From Candidatus Bathyarchaeota archaeon (GTDB lineage: Archaea; Thermoproteota; Bathyarchaeia; Bathyarchaeales; Bathyarchaeaceae): a stretch of DNA of 64,000 bases. Position 1 is the stretch's first letter; every line of letters begins with the position of its first letter. Under the pieces are notes generated by a model that saw nothing but the letters and a program-made list of their open reading frames with translations, made no database searches and was not told the DNA's origin. The position numbers were made by a program, and so were the translations under genes. This document shows positions 60,302-64,000 of this stretch, piece by piece. The stretch covers positions 128,001-192,000 of the forward strand of contig CAVOMX010000011.1 of NCBI GenBank assembly GCA_963697165.1, in the 5' to 3' direction.

Positions 60302-61808
60302 ATGAGCAGCGAACCAATCGAAAGAAGAGTCTCCTACATAGGGGATAGACTACGAGCTAGCCAGTGCACTCTCTGCGGAAAAGAGTACTTCCGAGGCAAA
60401 AACTATTGTGGCAACTGCGGACGAAAGAGCATTCGGAAAGATGAAGGACTTCGATTTCTTCTATGAACAGGGTAATATTGAAGTCTCCACTATCGTTAAA
60501 CAACCCACTAACAGGTTCGTCAAGATGGGTTCATATATTTACGGAATTGTCTCATTCCACAATGGAAACACTCGAGTTCCAGGAAGACTAACAGATATCC
60601 TGCTTAAAGACGGAGATGATAGCTCCTGTTTTGATGGAAAAAACGTTGTCCCACGGTTCCGAAGAAGACACACCGTAGGAGAAAGTGACATCATCCCCAC
60701 AATCTCTCTTGCTTTTACTCTTGCTGACGGCTACTATCCACACCAAAAATGCGAAATTCATAAACCCAAAAAAGAGTATGAAACATCTGGAATCGTCGGA
60801 TATGGAGTCTACACCTCAAAATTCCGAATCAAAGAAGGAAACATGGAAAGGTCTGTGCCATTCATCGACGAAGACGCTGTCACTGCATCAGTAGAAGCAG
60901 GAAAATTGGCTCTAATCCATTCAGGAGTAGACAAAACATCCATCGGCAAAGTTTACGTCGGCTCAGAATCTAACCCATACGCTGTTAACCCAATAGCCTC
61001 CAAAGTAGCCCAAGTTCTAAAGCTAGGCAAAGAAGAAAAAAATGGAGTCCAAAGCGTGGACGCCATCGACACCGAGTTTGCGTGCAAAGCAGCCACGAGC
61101 ATGTTCAAGGATGCCGCGTCCCTTGTTTATTATCCAAAAACCAAAACAGACTACGCCATGGTAATAGGAGCAGATAACTCTCAAGCTGCCCCCAGAAATG
61201 AGCTGGGAGGCGAACTGGACCATTTCGTGGGTTTTGGCGGTTCAGCATTCATCTTCGGCATGCATGATGTTATAGCCGAGGTTGAAGGATGGTACTCCTG
61301 CACATCAGACATGCCAGACTTTTGGAGAAGAGACATGCAAGCTTATCCCAGACATGGCGGACGATTCACAGGTGAACCTGCCTACTTCAAGCACGTCATA
61401 AAAGCTTGCAGAACAATCATGGAGCAACTGAACCTCAAAGTTGAGGATATAGACTATTTTGTTCCTCATCAGCCAAACCTTGGTTTTCCAGTTAAAGTTG
61501 CAAAACAACTGGGATTCAAAGAGGAGCAATATTTGCCAAGCCTAAAAGTTGCCAATTTCGGAAACGCATATTCTGGTTCTTCGCCTATCGGCTTGGCGGC
61601 GGTTCTAGATGTTGCTAAACCAGATGAACGGGTAGTCCTTGTCAGCTACGGCTCTGGGGCTGGAAGCGATGCATACTCTTTCATGACAACCAGTCAAATA
61701 TTAGAGAAAAGACCACGGCAGAAGTTTACGGTCCGTCATCAGATCGAAAACGAGAACTTGGAATATGTGGATTACCACACTTACAGACGACTCAAAAACG
61801 GAATCTAA
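60302..61808 (+). CDS. Fusion of DUF35 (Zn-ribbon + OB-fold) and archaeal HMG-CoA synthase; frameshift near 60430
   Basis: CTLCG...CGNCG Zn ribbon and OB-fold (V.PRFRR). The OB-fold is continuous with GIVGYG, DED..T, GSES.PYAV.P, EFACKA, WRR....YP.HGGRFTGEPAYFKH, HQPN, GN.YSG, SYGSGAGSD. Confidence 0.9.
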
Positions 61809-62055
61809 ATGTTTTGACTGGCCCACTTTAGTGAATGACTAGTTGCAGAACGCTTAGTTCGCATTTCTATCCATCGGCTACGTGACAATCCTGAAGTGTA
61901 TGATTTATCGAAACAGATCACACTGACCCAAAAGCGACTTTGAATTAGCATCTGGATTTCTAATACAAATTCTGCGTTCATAACACTTTCAAAGCTGGTT
62001 CCGAAACAACTATACAGACATGTCTTTCATTATATTTACATAGGAATAAAATGAG

Positions 62056-63130
62056 GTGCATCTGGTTGGTCGCAAAACGAGAAATAATTGTATGGATTAT
62101 GCATATTCGCAACTTTTCATGTCAATCATGGGTTCCTTTGCCATGGTTAACTTGCTGGTAAACAATGAACCAGGCTATGTTGTAACTCCTTACCTCATAG
62201 GCAGGATAGCCGGTTCCCTCAGCGTAGAGACATATTTGTGGATTTTCATAACTTCAACATTCATCTTTCTGGGAATCACCTGCATAATCATATACCGTAA
62301 ACAGCCCCCTAACCCTGAAATTGTTAAACTGTTCCTGAAAGTAGGCGGAAACTTGGCTGCCCTTAGGAAAACCCAGGAAGCCTCAACAGCTGAGATGGCT
62401 GAACAGATGGAATACGGTAGAAAGGTGAACCAGAAATTCTTCAGCACAGTCAGCTCAGATCTCGAAGAAAACAACAAAGAAACTTTAGCTCTTTTGACCG
62501 CCCAAGGAAAAGCAGTCAAAAAGGTTGGTTCAGACCTGATTTCCACGATAGAGAAAAAGGCAGACGAAACTGGAGAAAAGATGGTTGCTGATCTGAAAAA
62601 ACAAGAAGCAGCAATGATTGGAGTCAAGCGCTTAAGCGAAGAAGGCGCAGCGGCGACTAAGAAGCAGCAGGCGGAGCTTGCAGAAATTAAACTTAGACTC
62701 GAAAGAATCGAGGGAAACATGGCACCGAATCAAGCTAAGCTGAAGAGCCTTGACAATCCTGAGGACATAAAAGGAATCGGTCCAGCTTTGGGAAAAGAAC
62801 TAAGAAGCCTTGGAATAACGTTCTGTTGGCGATCTCCTCACAACCGACCCCGCGGTCATCGGAGAAAAGACGCGAGTTTCCCAAGAGATGGCGGAGAATC
62901 TGCAGGCAACGGCTCAGCTTATGATGATTCCGGGAGTGGACTCAAGTGACGCTGAATTACTTATAGATGCAGGAATAAAATCGCGAAAGGAACTGGCAGA
63001 CAATGAGCTGATTCAGCTTAGCAGAAAAGTAGGAGCACTAGCCAAAATCTATGTTGCTCAAGGCAAAATTTCCAAGGACGAATACCCAACAATCGAAGAG
63101 ATATCATCTTGGATAAGAATGGCAAAATAA
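62056..63130 (+). CDS. Membrane-anchored coiled-coil protein with C-terminal DUF4332 / helix-hairpin-helix region; frameshift near 62822
   Basis: 2 TM, coiled coil, IKGIGP...L...GI, then IPGV....AELL..AGI and P..EEI..WI..AK. Confidence 0.78.
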
Positions 63131-63265
63131 TTGCTGTTCATTACTCCAATGAAGACACCGTCCACAGTTCTCCCACAACTCCACCTTTTTTGGAGTTAAT
63201 TTCTAGTTTTGTTTCTTAGATTAAAGCACAGAAAAGACGAACACACTTTACTGCTAAGTTTCTGG

Positions 63266-63838
63266 TTATGAATATTTTTTTATGGGCAAAAAAGGGTGAA
63301 CTTGTTCTTTGTATCTAACGAAGTGTTCACCTAAGTTTTTTGTTAAGTAATCTGTTTCTTTTGACGCAGTGATAGAAAGAAAACAAATCATGAACAATCC
63401 CATTATTATTGCAATCAAAGTAAGATACCAAGGTGCATGAAGCGTCAACGTTACTAATTCGCCTACTGAGAACAGGTGTATTCCTGTGTATAGAGGATGA
63501 CGTATGTATGCGTATATTCCGCTAACGTCAAGTTCTGAAGATTTCTTGCAGTATCCTGCCCAAGTGTGACAAATACCCAAATCGAGTTTAGATTTTACAA
63601 CTACAATTGTGCCCAAAACAGTAAGAGACAAAGCCAAAAAATCAAAGTAAGTAAGATAATCCATAATTGCAAAGGTGTAACCACAAATTATCAATGGACC
63701 AAAATAACTGAACTTGAGAAGTTTTGTAATTTTTTCATTAACGAGCGGAACCATTCCCGTCTTCTTTCTAAAGTCAGAAATGAAAACCACAAAGACGCCA
63801 GTATTATGAACTGAACTAGTTTGAAGAGTATGACCCAC
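63266..63838 (-). CDS. Isoprenylcysteine-carboxyl / phospholipid methyltransferase (ICMT/PEMT) family membrane protein
   Basis: L...GIYAYIRHPLY.G, E...L....GE....Y...V..F.P. Start uncertain. Confidence 0.8.
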   Translation of the reverse strand: MGHTLQTSSVHNTGVFVVFISDFRKKTGMVPLVNEKITKLLKFSYFGPLIICGYTFAIMDYLTYFDFLALSLTVLGTIVVVKSKLDLGICHTWAGYCKKSSELDVSGIYAYIRHPLYTGIHLFSVGELVTLTLHAPWYLTLIAIIMGLFMICFLSITASKETDYLTKNLGEHFVRYKEQVHPFLPIKKYS

Positions 63839-63907
63839 AATATTGTAGCTACCTAAGGGTTGATTTTACTACGACATTCACGATCGTATATGTATAACCA
63901 ATCGAAA

Positions 63908-64000
63908 TTATTCTACTGTTTCTTCATTGAAGAAGCTAACCAAAACTGTTGTTGCTGTTGTTAAAGGAATGGTTAATATACACGCTAAGACAATAAGCTC
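63908..64000 (-). CDS. C-terminus of a membrane protein entering from beyond the window
   Basis: Open frame ELIVLACILTIPLTTATTVLVSFFNEETVE*. Confidence 0.45.
   Translation of the reverse strand, partial: ELIVLACILTIPLTTATTVLVSFFNEETVE

Overview
64 kb of an archaeal chromosome, most likely class Bathyarchaeia (TACK). This assignment is an inference from S26e, L18a and L39e, an L31e with a long acidic N-terminus, archaeal-type ThrRS and ProRS, Alba and archease. Most of the window is housekeeping: a complete his operon (hisZ-G-D-C-HAD-B-H-A-F-IE) with a divergent AbrB-ACT regulator, trpB2, class II RNR, argF, Gln-dependent nadE, the rnp4-yhbY-S19e-PDCD5-L39e-L31e-eIF6-L18a-pfdA-ftsY cluster, nep1, ilvE, thrS, alba, S26e, pgsA, proS, aor, rpsJ, a presenilin homologue, M42 peptidase, archease, rpiA and two tRNAs. 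Many essential genes carry single-base frameshifts, which most likely reflects an unpolished assembly. I saw no CRISPR array, rRNA, integrase or transposase. The most interesting signals are: (1) a thiolase-fold gene lacking all catalytic residues, coupled to a DUF35::HMG-CoA-synthase fusion; (2) a ZnuABC-like transporter whose binding protein has Cys/Met instead of His ligands, with a methyltransferase, under a NikR-type operator; (3) a tRNA-Met(CAT) with a BHB-type intron in the variable loop (45/46); (4) a prenyl synthase with both DDxxD motifs but altered IPP-binding motifs; (5) several near-cognate start codons (ATA, ACG, CTG); (6) a candidate histidinol-phosphatase and a candidate His regulator with an operator; (7) an archaeal GH3-like enzyme. 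All product calls come from motif recognition by eye; no database searches were run.
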